This document shows, one piece after another, positions 35,245-44,187 of a stretch of 64,000 nucleotides of DNA. How positions within the stretch are numbered: the stretch's first letter is position 1; every line of letters begins with the position of its first letter. The notes under the pieces were generated by a model, which was not told where the DNA came from, did not search any database, and saw only the letters and a program-made list of their open reading frames with translations. The stretch covers positions 160,001 to 224,000 of the IMG/VR virus record IMGVR_UViG_3300045988_175328. The stretch is one strand, 5' to 3'. The position numbers and the translations under genes are program-made. The DNA comes from a virus.

Positions 35245-35281
35245 AAGTTGACGTAGGTTTAAAGTGCTACGTTAGCAAATA

Positions 35282-35299
35282 AAATCCTCATTAGTGAGG
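35282..35299 (+). promoter_or_regulatory. AAATCCTC hairpin copy
   Basis: AAATCCTCATTAGTGAGG. Confidence 0.6.
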
Positions 35300-35353
35300 C
35301 ACATTTAATGCTATCTATAGAACATACGTTCTTATTAATAAGGAGGTGATCTT

Positions 35354-35665
35354 ATAAGATATCAAAGCTGTGAAGAATTTGAAAGCTACTTCGACGGTCG
35401 ATTTTATCTATTAAAAGATCTTATTCGTGGAAATAAATTATTATGGGAAGTTGAAATAGATAAGTATACTGTTATAAATATATTAACTGAAGGAGACAGG
35501 TATGGAATAATATATCCCGAGAAAGAACGGAACTATTTTGAAGTAGGTATAATGTATGAGTCAGAAGGAAGCAATGATATTACACATCAAACTATATTAA
35601 ATGTTCCTTATTATGTGGCGCTTGAAATAATAAAGAGCTTAAAAGAAGATACTTTAAAGGAGTAG
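35354..35665 (+). CDS. WF/VPYY-family paralog with a probable non-canonical (ATA) start, not in the ORF track
   Basis: Frame open from 35342. AAGGAGG lies 7 nt upstream of the ATA at 35354. The product ..FESYFDGRFYLLKDLIRGNKLLWEVEIDKYTVINILTEGDRYG..NYFEV..VPYYVALEIIKSL aligns along its length with 40432-40734. Confidence 0.55.
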   Translation: MRYQSCEEFESYFDGRFYLLKDLIRGNKLLWEVEIDKYTVINILTEGDRYGIIYPEKERNYFEVGIMYESEGSNDITHQTILNVPYYVALEIIKSLKEDTLKE

Positions 35666-35669
35666 TTTA

Positions 35670-36005
35670 ATGAATGCAGAAGAGATATTTGATAAATATT
35701 CAAAATGGTTCGACGGAGATTTCTCTATACGTTCAAATGTTATCGAAGGACATTTTATTATAGAAGGATATAATTATATATGGAACGTCAGAATCGGCAA
35801 GGACCTTATTATGGAAATCATGACTAATGGTAAAAGTTTAGGAAGAATTTATTCTAAAAAAGAAGATAGCAGCTTTGAACTAAAGATTATTAATATTCAA
35901 AAGAAAGAAGATGAAGAATATCCATCTCAAACAATTGAAGATTTTTATAGCTATGTTCCTTACCATGTAGTGCTTGAATTAATTTATGCCTACCGTAATA
36001 ATTAA
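35670..36005 (+). CDS. WF/VPYY-family paralog
   Basis: YSKWFDGDF..W.V.I....MEI.T.G..KKEDSSFEL..VPYHVVLELIYAY. Confidence 0.6.
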   Translation: MNAEEIFDKYSKWFDGDFSIRSNVIEGHFIIEGYNYIWNVRIGKDLIMEIMTNGKSLGRIYSKKEDSSFELKIINIQKKEDEEYPSQTIEDFYSYVPYHVVLELIYAYRNN

Positions 36006-36038
36006 TATTCATTAATTTGCGTATTTATGTATCGGCAA

Positions 36039-36094
36039 AAATCCTCATTTGTGAGTTATTTTTATGTTCTGCCAGTGTAGAAATATTTGCTGGC
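36039..36094 (+). promoter_or_regulatory. AAATCCTC hairpin plus GCCAG-TGTAGAAATATTTG-CTGGC leader hairpin
   Basis: The same pair is found at 25904/25951. A related hairpin lies at 38538-38563. Confidence 0.55.
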
Positions 36095-36116
36095 TGTGTT
36101 ATTATAGGAGGTACTT

Positions 36117-36374
36117 ATGTATTATCGTGATTGGTTTAAAGATTCTTATTTTGAAGAACCATTTGATGGTGGTTTGCGCTGGCATATTGAAGGTAAAAAG
36201 TATACTATTAGTATCGTTACCGGCGCATTCGTAATGGGTAAGAAGTCTTTTTGTCGTGAAACAAGTACTTATGAAGTTGCTCTATTACGAAAAGATGGTA
36301 CTGTTATTTATGACAGTATTGAAGGTTATTTAGATTATAATGAAGTATTAGGATTTATTGAAAAATATGTATAA
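36117..36374 (+). CDS. WF-family paralog (short)
   Basis: YRDWFKDSYF..RWHIEG..YTISIVTG..YEVALL..YNEVLGFIEKYV. Confidence 0.55.
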   Translation: MYYRDWFKDSYFEEPFDGGLRWHIEGKKYTISIVTGAFVMGKKSFCRETSTYEVALLRKDGTVIYDSIEGYLDYNEVLGFIEKYV

Positions 36375-36687
36375 TACTGAATTTTTTAATATAAATGATT
36401 ATGAAGATTGGTTTTTCGGCGCCGATATTTATTTCGATAATTTTATCGGCGGCGACAAACTAAGATGGATTGTCTTTTACAGAAAAGGCTTTTATTTAAA
36501 TATTAGTATTCTTATTGAAGATATTTTAAAGAATAAAGAATCTAATATATTTGATCTTAGTATGAACAAATTAAATGAATACAAGGGCGAATTATTATTT
36601 GATAGTATTGATGATGTTCCTTATTATTTAGTCCTCGAAATAATAAAAGCTTTAGAGAATTTTAATGAAAGAATGCGATTGGGTTGA
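36367..36687 (+). CDS. WF/VPYY-family paralog
   Basis: YEDWFFGADIYF..LRWIV..VPYYLVLEIIKAL. The ATG at 36367 overlaps the upstream stop. Confidence 0.55.
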   Translation: MYNTEFFNINDYEDWFFGADIYFDNFIGGDKLRWIVFYRKGFYLNISILIEDILKNKESNIFDLSMNKLNEYKGELLFDSIDDVPYYLVLEIIKALENFNERMRLG

Positions 36688-36698
36688 AGAAGGTTTTT

Positions 36699-37034
36699 AT
36701 GGATAAGAAAGATTGGTTTGATAATTGTTATTTCTATAGCTGGGAAAAAATAATGTGTTGTGAAGACGAACATATATGGAGAATCAGAATGGGTGATGGA
36801 ACATATATTGAAATACAAGTCGGCGGCTATTCTGAGAGATCTTATTTAGGCGATAGCCGAGAAGAGAGTTGTTTCGACATGAGTCTTTATAATGATGATC
36901 AATATGATTTTGTGAATAGAGTAAGAAGCTTTATTCCTAAGGGTATTTTTGATAATGGCCCATTAGAGGATGTTCCTTATGATGATTGTATTAAAATCAT
37001 AGAAAAACAAAAAAAAGAATGCGGCTTTATTTAA
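36699..37034 (+). CDS. WF-family paralog
   Basis: KKDWFDNCYF..IWRIRMGDGTYIEIQVGG..VPYDDCIKIIEK. Confidence 0.55.
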   Translation: MDKKDWFDNCYFYSWEKIMCCEDEHIWRIRMGDGTYIEIQVGGYSERSYLGDSREESCFDMSLYNDDQYDFVNRVRSFIPKGIFDNGPLEDVPYDDCIKIIEKQKKECGFI

Positions 37035-37056
37035 TTTCTTTTTTTGTGGAGGCACT

Positions 37057-37665
37057 ATGATATTTAATGGAACTGAATATGAAGGAGAAGCTAAGATTAG
37101 GATATCCGATGATCATTATCTTTTAGTTCGAGAAGAAGATGGTCTATATGATGTCTCATCTACTTCTGAAAATAACAGAATAATTGCAGATAAAACATAT
37201 AATCTTGGTCTGATTGAAGAAGACGAAGTACTTGAATTAATATGGACATTGCGGCAAGAAAAGATCCGTAGTGATATTTGTCTCAAAGAAAGATTTAAAA
37301 TATATTCTAAATGGTTCCCTGGCTTTGAAATGTATAAAGAAGATTATATTTACGAAGGATATTATACATGGATGAAATTAATTAGTGGCCCCGAAGGATT
37401 AAATATTGTTATTAATATGTGCGGCAAAACTGGCAGCTTAATATATGAACGTAAAGAAGATAGTTTCTTTCAAGTTAGTCTATGTTGTCATAATGACAAA
37501 ATGAAAGAACCTATTTATAAATTATTTAATATCGATAATAATAAAAAAAATAGTATTGGTGGCAATAATTTTTATGAAACCTATGGCATTTATTCTTGTA
37601 ATTATGTCAATTACTATATAGTTCTAGAAATAATAAAAGTAATAAAGAGGTTATATGATATTTAA
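37057..37665 (+). CDS. two-module paralog
   Basis: MIFNGTEYEGEAKIRISDDHYL..DGLYDV..YSKWFPGFE..YYIVLEIIKV. Confidence 0.6.
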   Translation: MIFNGTEYEGEAKIRISDDHYLLVREEDGLYDVSSTSENNRIIADKTYNLGLIEEDEVLELIWTLRQEKIRSDICLKERFKIYSKWFPGFEMYKEDYIYEGYYTWMKLISGPEGLNIVINMCGKTGSLIYERKEDSFFQVSLCCHNDKMKEPIYKLFNIDNNKKNSIGGNNFYETYGIYSCNYVNYYIVLEIIKVIKRLYDI

Positions 37666-38173
37666 CGGAGTTTTATATAAAAGAAATAAAATTAAAAAAA
37701 GAATATCTGATGACAAATATCTTTCGATTCAAGAAAAAGACGGTCTATATGATGTAACTTGTATTTCTGATACAGGAAATGTATTTGTAAATAGATCCAA
37801 ATACTTTAATTTATTGGAAGAAGATGAAATGCTCGATTTATTATGGGACTTGCGGATTGAAGAAGCTCGTAACAGTATTCGCATTAAAAAAAGATTTAAA
37901 ATATACTCTAAATGGTTTTCTGGTTTTAAGTTAGATGTTGATGACTATATATATGAAGGTTTCTATATGTGGCAAAAAACTATTGGAGATTATTCTATTC
38001 TTATTAATACTTTAAGAGATACTAGTAGTATTATGTATGAAGATAAAGAGATTAGTTTCTTTGATGTTGATATACATTATTGTAGTAAAGATAATAGTAT
38101 TTCTTATTATTATAGAGGTGTTAATTATTATATAGTAAGAGAAATAATAAGAGAAATAAAAAAGTTTTCTTAA
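37655..38173 (+). CDS. two-module paralog
   Basis: MIFNGVLYKRNKIKKRISDDKYL..DGLYDV..YSKWFSGFK..YYIVREIIRE. Confidence 0.6.
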   Translation: MIFNGVLYKRNKIKKRISDDKYLSIQEKDGLYDVTCISDTGNVFVNRSKYFNLLEEDEMLDLLWDLRIEEARNSIRIKKRFKIYSKWFSGFKLDVDDYIYEGFYMWQKTIGDYSILINTLRDTSSIMYEDKEISFFDVDIHYCSKDNSISYYYRGVNYYIVREIIREIKKFS

Positions 38174-38196
38174 GGGGCAAGCCCCTTAACAACCCC
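38170..38196 (+). repeat. TTAAGGGGCAAGCCCCTTAACAACCCC element, copy 4
   Basis: Exact 27-mer. Its TTAA supplies the stop codon of 37655-38173. Confidence 0.85.
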
Positions 38197-38214
38197 TTGG
38201 AGAGGAATGATTGA

Positions 38215-38526
38215 ATGGACGTGCTAGGCGTGTTCAAAGAATATGCAGAATGGTTTGGAGGCGATTTTACTTATAACACTAACAGTATGAAAGGAGACAG
38301 GTATATATGGCGGATTAGAGTTCGTATGAGTACTTTCGTCGAAGTCATAACATATGGCAATCGATTTAAAGACAGGTATCCTGAGAAAAAAACTTGTACC
38401 TTTGAAATAAAAGTTATTAATATTATGAAAGATGGCGAACGTACTGGTAAAATAATTGAAAAAGAATATACTGGTGTCCCTTATTATTTAGTGCTTGAAC
38501 TTATTCGTGCTTATCATAATAGTTAG
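38215..38526 (+). CDS. WF/VPYY-family paralog
   Basis: YAEWFGGDFTY..YIWRIRV..FVEVITYG..VPYYLVLELIRAY. Confidence 0.6.
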   Translation: MDVLGVFKEYAEWFGGDFTYNTNSMKGDRYIWRIRVRMSTFVEVITYGNRFKDRYPEKKTCTFEIKVINIMKDGERTGKIIEKEYTGVPYYLVLELIRAYHNS

Positions 38527-38579
38527 TTTTTAAGTGCAGCCGGTATAGAAATATTTGCCGGCTATAAAGAGGTGAAGGT

Positions 38580-39152
38580 GTGATTAGTAGTATAACCGCC
38601 ACTAGACTCGTTAGTATGATGAGTCGTGGTGACGTTTTTTATTTTGTCAGATACATGAATGGCGAATATGAGATTATAGCTCAAATTGTTAAAGGTGTCG
38701 CTAACTCTTTATATACACGCACTGAACATTTTTATTTTAAAGGCGCCAAAATATATTATTGGGAGTTTATGTCTTGGACAAAAGAAAATAAAAGAAGAGT
38801 CGGCAATTTGTATGAGATAAACATAGATGATGATATTATTACAGATATATTTTATCAAATGCACGATGAATTAAAGGACAAAGTTGGCGCCAAATATTCT
38901 AATGCATTTATGACAAGAGCTGATACTTTACTTGGTAAATTTATTAATCAGGATGATGATTATGATTACTCTTATAATAAAAAAGATTTTTATGGTTTAG
39001 AATATATTGATGAAGTAAAATCAGATACTATACCTAATAGTATTAAAAGAACTAAAATTAAAACTATTAGTAGTATGTTCTTAGATGTTTTATGCGGCGA
39101 ATGGTACTATAATATAGATCCTAAATTAATAGATATTAAGAAAGTAAAGTAA
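38580..39152 (+). CDS. YMNG/YYWE-family paralog (~190 aa)
   Basis: GTG start after GAGGTGAAG. RLVSMMSRGDVFYFVRYMNGEYEII..HFYFKGAKIYYWE..LYEINID..IKRTKIKTI. Confidence 0.6.
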   Translation: MISSITATRLVSMMSRGDVFYFVRYMNGEYEIIAQIVKGVANSLYTRTEHFYFKGAKIYYWEFMSWTKENKRRVGNLYEINIDDDIITDIFYQMHDELKDKVGAKYSNAFMTRADTLLGKFINQDDDYDYSYNKKDFYGLEYIDEVKSDTIPNSIKRTKIKTISSMFLDVLCGEWYYNIDPKLIDIKKVK

Positions 39153-39166
39153 GAAAGGAGTAATCG

Positions 39167-39766
39167 ATGGAAGATATTAATAGATTCTATAAACATTTTG
39201 ACGGCACTTTAAAGAACGGCCTTAAATTTGTCGATCTTGCTTTATTCGTATCTTTAATTAACAATAAAGATTATACTACAATATATTTCTATGAGAATAG
39301 CGATATTGAAATTAAAACTTTTAGATACGTTGTTTCAGGAGAGCGGTTATATTCTTATGAAGACATGTATATTGTTAAAGATAACTTATATTGTATAGAA
39401 AGAGTAAGAAGCAGCAATCATTCTAATGATGATACTGTTCTTATTTCGAAACGTGTGTTTAAATATAATATATCTAATAATGATATTATTAGCGCCTATT
39501 TAGAATATAGTAGAGAATATGACCCTAAATTAATTAAAGAATCGGCTCGAAATATAGCAAGAGCTCTTAGCTTAAAAGGAAGTATCTTTGCTTTTGAAGA
39601 AGACACATTGTCTATTGAAATATGTCCTGGAATTGAAAGATGCAAGAAAATTGTACGAAGTACTCCATCTATTATTTCAGATATTCCGGATGTATTAATA
39701 AATAAAGAATACTTTAAGCCTGAACTTATATGGAGCGACGAAAGAGCATCAACGTTTGGCAAATAA
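39167..39766 (+). CDS. distant YYWE-family paralog
   Basis: Similar length and architecture (..IYFYENSDIEI..MYIVKDNLYCIE..). Confidence 0.5.
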   Translation: MEDINRFYKHFDGTLKNGLKFVDLALFVSLINNKDYTTIYFYENSDIEIKTFRYVVSGERLYSYEDMYIVKDNLYCIERVRSSNHSNDDTVLISKRVFKYNISNNDIISAYLEYSREYDPKLIKESARNIARALSLKGSIFAFEEDTLSIEICPGIERCKKIVRSTPSIISDIPDVLINKEYFKPELIWSDERASTFGK

Positions 39767-39805
39767 AAATCCTCATTTGTGAGGCGTATTTAAAGAGCAT
39801 ATATT
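39767..39805 (+). promoter_or_regulatory. AAATCCTC hairpin doubling as a sigma-A-like promoter
   Basis: -35 TTGTGA at 39777-39782, a 17-nt spacer, and -10 TATATT at 39800-39805. The gene start is at 39833. Confidence 0.55.
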
Positions 39806-39832
39806 TGTATTAATTCATAAGGAGAAATAATT

Positions 39833-40417
39833 ATGAGAACAGAAGAAGCGTTAGCTATGTTAATTGCTATGGTTAGTCATATGTATAGTGCTAAACGTTA
39901 TGATTATGAATTTAGCAAAGAAATTGTATTAAATAAAAGAGTCGGCGATACTATTATTGAAGATCACTTTTTAATTGAAGGCGAAAGTGATGTATATTAT
40001 TGGCGCGAAAGTAAAGATATTGTTGACGTAGAGAACGGCTTCTTTATTTATGGAAATATTGAATATAGTAAGATCACTTCCTTTGGAAAAGATATTAATG
40101 TATTTATTTCTGAATTTAATGAATTATGCTTAGGTGGCGATAAAGAATTATTAATGGTGCGTTACAATGCAATTAAAGAATTATTATCTGAACGCCGCAG
40201 CTCTAGAATTTATTATTTATCTGGCGATCCGTTCGAAGATTTAGGCGGACGCAATCTCCCAAATGGTATTTCTAGATATGGATGCCGATATGGTGTTTTA
40301 GAGAAATATGCATATTTCGAAACTAAAGGCAATTCTATCGATAAAGTATATGATTTTAAATATATTGTACCTAAAGTTGTCAATAAAAATACTAATTATG
40401 TATTTATTCTTAAGTAA
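39833..40417 (+). CDS. distant YYWE-family paralog
   Basis: ..HFLIEGESDVYYWRESK.. Confidence 0.5.
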   Translation: MRTEEALAMLIAMVSHMYSAKRYDYEFSKEIVLNKRVGDTIIEDHFLIEGESDVYYWRESKDIVDVENGFFIYGNIEYSKITSFGKDINVFISEFNELCLGGDKELLMVRYNAIKELLSERRSSRIYYLSGDPFEDLGGRNLPNGISRYGCRYGVLEKYAYFETKGNSIDKVYDFKYIVPKVVNKNTNYVFILK

Positions 40418-40431
40418 AAAGAAGGTTTTAT

Positions 40432-40734
40432 ATGATCAGCAAAGCTTGGCAGAAATATATATATTGGTTTGATGGTCGATTTTATGTATTAGAAGACCCT
40501 ATTCGTGGAAATAAAGGATTCTGGGAAATTGAAATCGATGAAGATACTTTTGTAAATATATTAACTGATGGATATAGATGTCAAAAATTATATTCCAAAA
40601 AAGAACATAATTATTTTGAAGTTAGCGTCTCTTATGAAACAGAAGATAGCGATAATTTTGTAACTCATACCTTATTATATGTTCCTTACTACGTAGTTTT
40701 AGAGATAATAGAAGGATTGAAGGAATCATTATGA
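40432..40734 (+). CDS. WF/VPYY-family paralog
   Basis: YIYWFDGRFYVLEDPIRGNKGFWEIEID..VPYYVVLEIIEGL. Confidence 0.6.
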   Translation: MISKAWQKYIYWFDGRFYVLEDPIRGNKGFWEIEIDEDTFVNILTDGYRCQKLYSKKEHNYFEVSVSYETEDSDNFVTHTLLYVPYYVVLEIIEGLKESL

Positions 40735-41291
40735 TTAATATAATGCCCGCAATGAATCTTGTTAGTATGATGACAGATGCTGAATATTATATTTTAGTTA
40801 AATATATGAATAGTGATTTTGAAATCATATCTGGAATAAATAAATATATATCTGATTCAATGTATGGTTATGATAAACATTTTTACTTTAAAGATAATAC
40901 TATATACTATTGGGAAACTAATATTTTTACATCTAAAGCAAAAACCAATATAAATGTCAGTGATTTATATGAAATAGATATCGATGAAAAACAAATTAAT
41001 AAATTGTTTAAAAATATGTATCATGAATTATCAGATAAATTAGGCTCTAAATATTCAGATGCTTTTGTTGAAAGAAGAAATAGATTGTATAATAAATTTA
41101 CTTCTAAGGAATCAGTTCCTATTTCTTGTCCAGAAAATAGATTAGAAATTCTTGAGATTGGAGAGAGAACTATTCCTAATAAAATAAAAAGAACTGAAAT
41201 AGAAACTGTTTATAGTATTGTCTTAGAAATATTAGATACTAGATGGAATTATACTATTGATTATAATTTAATAGATATGATTAAAGCCTAA
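40731..41291 (+). CDS. YMNG/YYWE-family paralog
   Basis: NLVSMMTDAEYYILVKYMNSDFEII..HFYFKDNTIYYWE..IKRTEIETV. Confidence 0.6.
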   Translation: MINIMPAMNLVSMMTDAEYYILVKYMNSDFEIISGINKYISDSMYGYDKHFYFKDNTIYYWETNIFTSKAKTNINVSDLYEIDIDEKQINKLFKNMYHELSDKLGSKYSDAFVERRNRLYNKFTSKESVPISCPENRLEILEIGERTIPNKIKRTEIETVYSIVLEILDTRWNYTIDYNLIDMIKA

Positions 41292-41320
41292 TAATTATTT
41301 CGTATAAAAGGAGGTTTTTT

Positions 41321-41902
41321 ATGCTAAGAGAAATGGAACTTATTAGACTTGTAAGTCTTATGAGTAATGCTAATTTTTATATCTTTATTAAATATATGAA
41401 TGGCAATTATGAGATTGTGGCAGAAACTTCTATTACTATGTCTGCTCATATTTATTTACATAATAAACATTTTTATTTAAAAAATGGGCAATTATATTAT
41501 TGGGAAACTAAAATTAATTCAAATACTGAAACAGGAGTAGAATATAAAGAGGTTTACAATCTATATGAAATAAATATAAATAAAGATCGAATTAATCAAT
41601 TATATGAGATGATGCATAACAATTTATTAGAAAAACTTGGTTCTGATTATTCACATCAATTTGTTAAAAGAACTGATCGTTTATTCGACAGATTTACTTC
41701 TAATGAATTATATGGTCTTTATATTTATAATCATAAAAATGGAGACATGGGAAAAATGCCTTTAGAAATTAGTAATGGAACTATTCCCAGTAAACTAAAA
41801 AGAACTAAGATTAAAATTATTAACAGTATATTATTATCTTATTCTAGTAACATATGGAAGTATTGTATAGATTACAAGTTAATTAATATGAATAAAATAT
41901 AA
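41321..41902 (+). CDS. YMNG/YYWE-family paralog
   Basis: RLVSLMSNANFYIFIKYMNGNYEIV..HFYLKNGQLYYWE..LKRTKIKII. Confidence 0.6.
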   Translation: MLREMELIRLVSLMSNANFYIFIKYMNGNYEIVAETSITMSAHIYLHNKHFYLKNGQLYYWETKINSNTETGVEYKEVYNLYEININKDRINQLYEMMHNNLLEKLGSDYSHQFVKRTDRLFDRFTSNELYGLYIYNHKNGDMGKMPLEISNGTIPSKLKRTKIKIINSILLSYSSNIWKYCIDYKLINMNKI

Positions 41903-41908
41903 GTTTTT

Positions 41909-41933
41909 TTAAGGGGCTCCGCCCCTTAACAAC
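41909..41933 (+). repeat. TTAAGGGGC..GCCCCTTAACAAC element, variant copy 5
   Basis: TTAAGGGGCTCCGCCCCTTAACAAC. The stem is conserved and the loop differs. Confidence 0.75.
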
Positions 41934-41967
41934 TTCGATATTTGTATTTGATATAAGGAGAAATATT

Positions 41968-42381
41968 ATGGACATCAAACAAATCTCACGATTAATTTGT
42001 ATGACAAGTCAAGGAAATAGTGTTAAAACATCTTTTTTTGAAAATGCTATTTTCATGACAGTAGTTAAAAATAAAATTCTTTGTGGCACTGAATGTATTC
42101 ATCAATATCATTATAAAATTAAAGATAATGAACTTGAGTTTTTTGAAAATTTTATAGGGCCAAATGAATTTGAATTAAAATCTCCATCTTTAAAACTAAA
42201 ATATAGTTTAAACGATTGGATGGAATACTCTGAAATTATTGGTGAAGGATATGCTGAATATCGATCTGAAGAGATTGAATCAATTCTTCTAGAATATAAG
42301 AATGATCAAGAGATATTTAATCGATCTGATTCTATTGCAGATACTGATTTCTCAATGAACATTCCTTACCATAAAAAGTAA
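41968..42381 (+). CDS. distant family member / hypothetical protein
   Basis: ORF with SD AAGGAG. Confidence 0.5.
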   Translation: MDIKQISRLICMTSQGNSVKTSFFENAIFMTVVKNKILCGTECIHQYHYKIKDNELEFFENFIGPNEFELKSPSLKLKYSLNDWMEYSEIIGEGYAEYRSEEIESILLEYKNDQEIFNRSDSIADTDFSMNIPYHKK

Positions 42382-42382
42382 C

Positions 42383-42411
42383 TTGACAGAGAATATAGTA
42401 TTTGTTACAAT
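42383..42411 (+). promoter_or_regulatory. sigma-A-type promoter
   Basis: TTGACA at 42383-42388, a 17-nt spacer, and TACAAT at 42406-42411. Confidence 0.7.
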
Positions 42412-42461
42412 TTAATTGTCCAATACAATAACACATTGTTTTTCTCCTGTAATTTTGCGTA

Positions 42462-42490
42462 AGCTGGCTTTATGCCAGCTTTTATGTTTT
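42462..42490 (+). terminator. leader hairpin plus T-run between promoter and SD (attenuator or 5' stabiliser)
   Basis: AGCTGGC-TTTAT-GCCAGCT followed by TTTATGTTTT, directly before the SD AGAAGGTGAG. Confidence 0.5.
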
Positions 42491-42502
42491 AGAAGGTGAG
42501 TT

Positions 42503-43006
42503 ATGTTACATGAACATTGGAAGCGATTGCAAGAACCTGTTGATGAGTTAATGCAAGAAGAATTATTGAAACACATAAAAGAATATTGTAAAGAAAATAA
42601 ATCTTTAGAAGCTCAATGTTTAAATGACATACTTAATAATACTTCTAAAGAAAATATATTAGATTATTATACTTCTTTTGCTGGAGAAGACTTTAAAGAA
42701 ACGAATTTAATATTTAAATCAGTTAATGGCGCGATAGCTGCTATGATTCGATATAAAATAACTAATAACACACTAGTAACAGTTGGTATTATTGTTGCTG
42801 ATAAATATAATAATAGTTCTTTCATTTATAATCTAATTAAATCTTTAAATATTCTTTTAATTAATAGATATAAATTAGATTTTACTTATGTTTTAAAAAT
42901 AATCAAACAAGATCTTATCAAAGAATTTGAAAATATCAAAGATTTTAGAAATGCGTCGATTAATAAAAAAGAATTTGCTTTGTTTTTATGTTATCTTGAC
43001 ATGTAA
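42503..43006 (+). CDS. hypothetical protein
   Basis: ORF with an SD. Confidence 0.55.
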   Translation: MLHEHWKRLQEPVDELMQEELLKHIKEYCKENKSLEAQCLNDILNNTSKENILDYYTSFAGEDFKETNLIFKSVNGAIAAMIRYKITNNTLVTVGIIVADKYNNSSFIYNLIKSLNILLINRYKLDFTYVLKIIKQDLIKEFENIKDFRNASINKKEFALFLCYLDM

Positions 43007-43058
43007 AATATTATATGTTATTATAATAGTGTAAGCACGCAACACTCTATTCAAAAGA

Positions 43059-43103
43059 AACAGCCCCATGCAGTATAATTCTGTATGGGGCTGTTTCTTA
43101 TTT
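43059..43103 (+). terminator. intrinsic terminator
   Basis: AACAGCCCCAT 43059-43069 / ATGGGGCTGTT 43085-43095, followed by TCTTATTT. Confidence 0.7.
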
Positions 43104-43121
43104 ATGAAAGAAGGTGAGATT

Positions 43122-43688
43122 ATGATTGATTTCATGTATATAGCTAAACTTATTAGTATTATGACTTCTAGTGATTTTTATTATGTCATTAAATATGTAA
43201 ATAAAGATTATGAAGTTATATCTCAAACAGGAAATGAAGTAGGAGATTCAGTCTATACATATAATAAACATTTTTATTTTAAAAAGAATAAAATATACTA
43301 TTGGGAATCTAAAATATTTCATTTAAATAAAGCGACAGAAACAAAAATAGAAGTTAATGATTTATATGAGATTAAAAATAATGCTCATGGAATTAATAAA
43401 CGATATGAAATGATGTATGATGATTTATTAGAAGAACTAGGTCCTGAATATTCAGAGCTCTTAGAAAAAAGAACGGATAAATTATTTGAACATCTTGTTT
43501 CTAAAGAGCCTATAGGGCTTTATTGTTATTATATCGAATCTGCTCCTGAAATTGAAAATAATATGATTCCTCCTAAATTAAAAAGAACTAAAATTAAAAC
43601 TATTAATAGTTTGTTCTTAGGATTTTCTGATATTAAATATGATTATTGTATTACTTATGGATTATTAGATATAATTAAAGTTAACTAA
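43122..43688 (+). CDS. YMNG/YYWE-family paralog
   Basis: The ATG at 43122 follows GAAGGTGAG. The track start at 43068 lies inside the terminator hairpin. KLISIMTSSDFYYVIKYVNKDYEVI..HFYFKKNKIYYWE..LKRTKIKTI. Confidence 0.6.
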   Translation: MIDFMYIAKLISIMTSSDFYYVIKYVNKDYEVISQTGNEVGDSVYTYNKHFYFKKNKIYYWESKIFHLNKATETKIEVNDLYEIKNNAHGINKRYEMMYDDLLEELGPEYSELLEKRTDKLFEHLVSKEPIGLYCYYIESAPEIENNMIPPKLKRTKIKTINSLFLGFSDIKYDYCITYGLLDIIKVN

Positions 43689-43714
43689 TAATTATACATT
43701 AAGGGGGTGCGACT

Positions 43715-44179
43715 ATGCTTAGTAATCATTATATTTCAATGCTTGTTGCATTATTATCAATAGGCGATAAAATTAATGTTCAAGAACATGAAGATTGTCT
43801 TCTTGTTTCAGTCGTAAAGACTGAAAAAGTTCAAGATAAAACATGGAAAGACATATATACTTTTGAATTTAGAGACGATATTATTTTTTTAGCAACTCAT
43901 AGTACGTATAATGATAAAGATACGTCTTTAAAAATAACTAAAGATAAAGTAATTCATTCTATTAAAATAGAGCCAAAAGAAATAGAAAACTTATATGATG
44001 AAATGTTCGATAAGTTATTTCATTTTAATAAGAAAGAGGCTCAAAAATTCATGGCGAGACGAATACAAATATGCAATTTCTTGCGACGCAAAGACTATTT
44101 AGATGGGTCTATCCAATTAAAATATCCTGAATTTAATTATGTTATGTTAAGAGAAATGTTTAACATGGAAAGATTATAG
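43715..44179 (+). CDS. distant family member / hypothetical protein
   Basis: ORF with SD AAGGGGG. Confidence 0.5.
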   Translation: MLSNHYISMLVALLSIGDKINVQEHEDCLLVSVVKTEKVQDKTWKDIYTFEFRDDIIFLATHSTYNDKDTSLKITKDKVIHSIKIEPKEIENLYDEMFDKLFHFNKKEAQKFMARRIQICNFLRRKDYLDGSIQLKYPEFNYVMLREMFNMERL

Positions 44180-44187
44180 GCAATTAA

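Noticed and set aside
43068-43121. Track start (ATG 43068) for the 206-aa ORF.
   Set aside because: The first 18 codons span an 11-bp terminator hairpin (43059-43095). The ATG at 43122 has a GAAGGTGAG SD and aligns with the N-termini of the paralogs.
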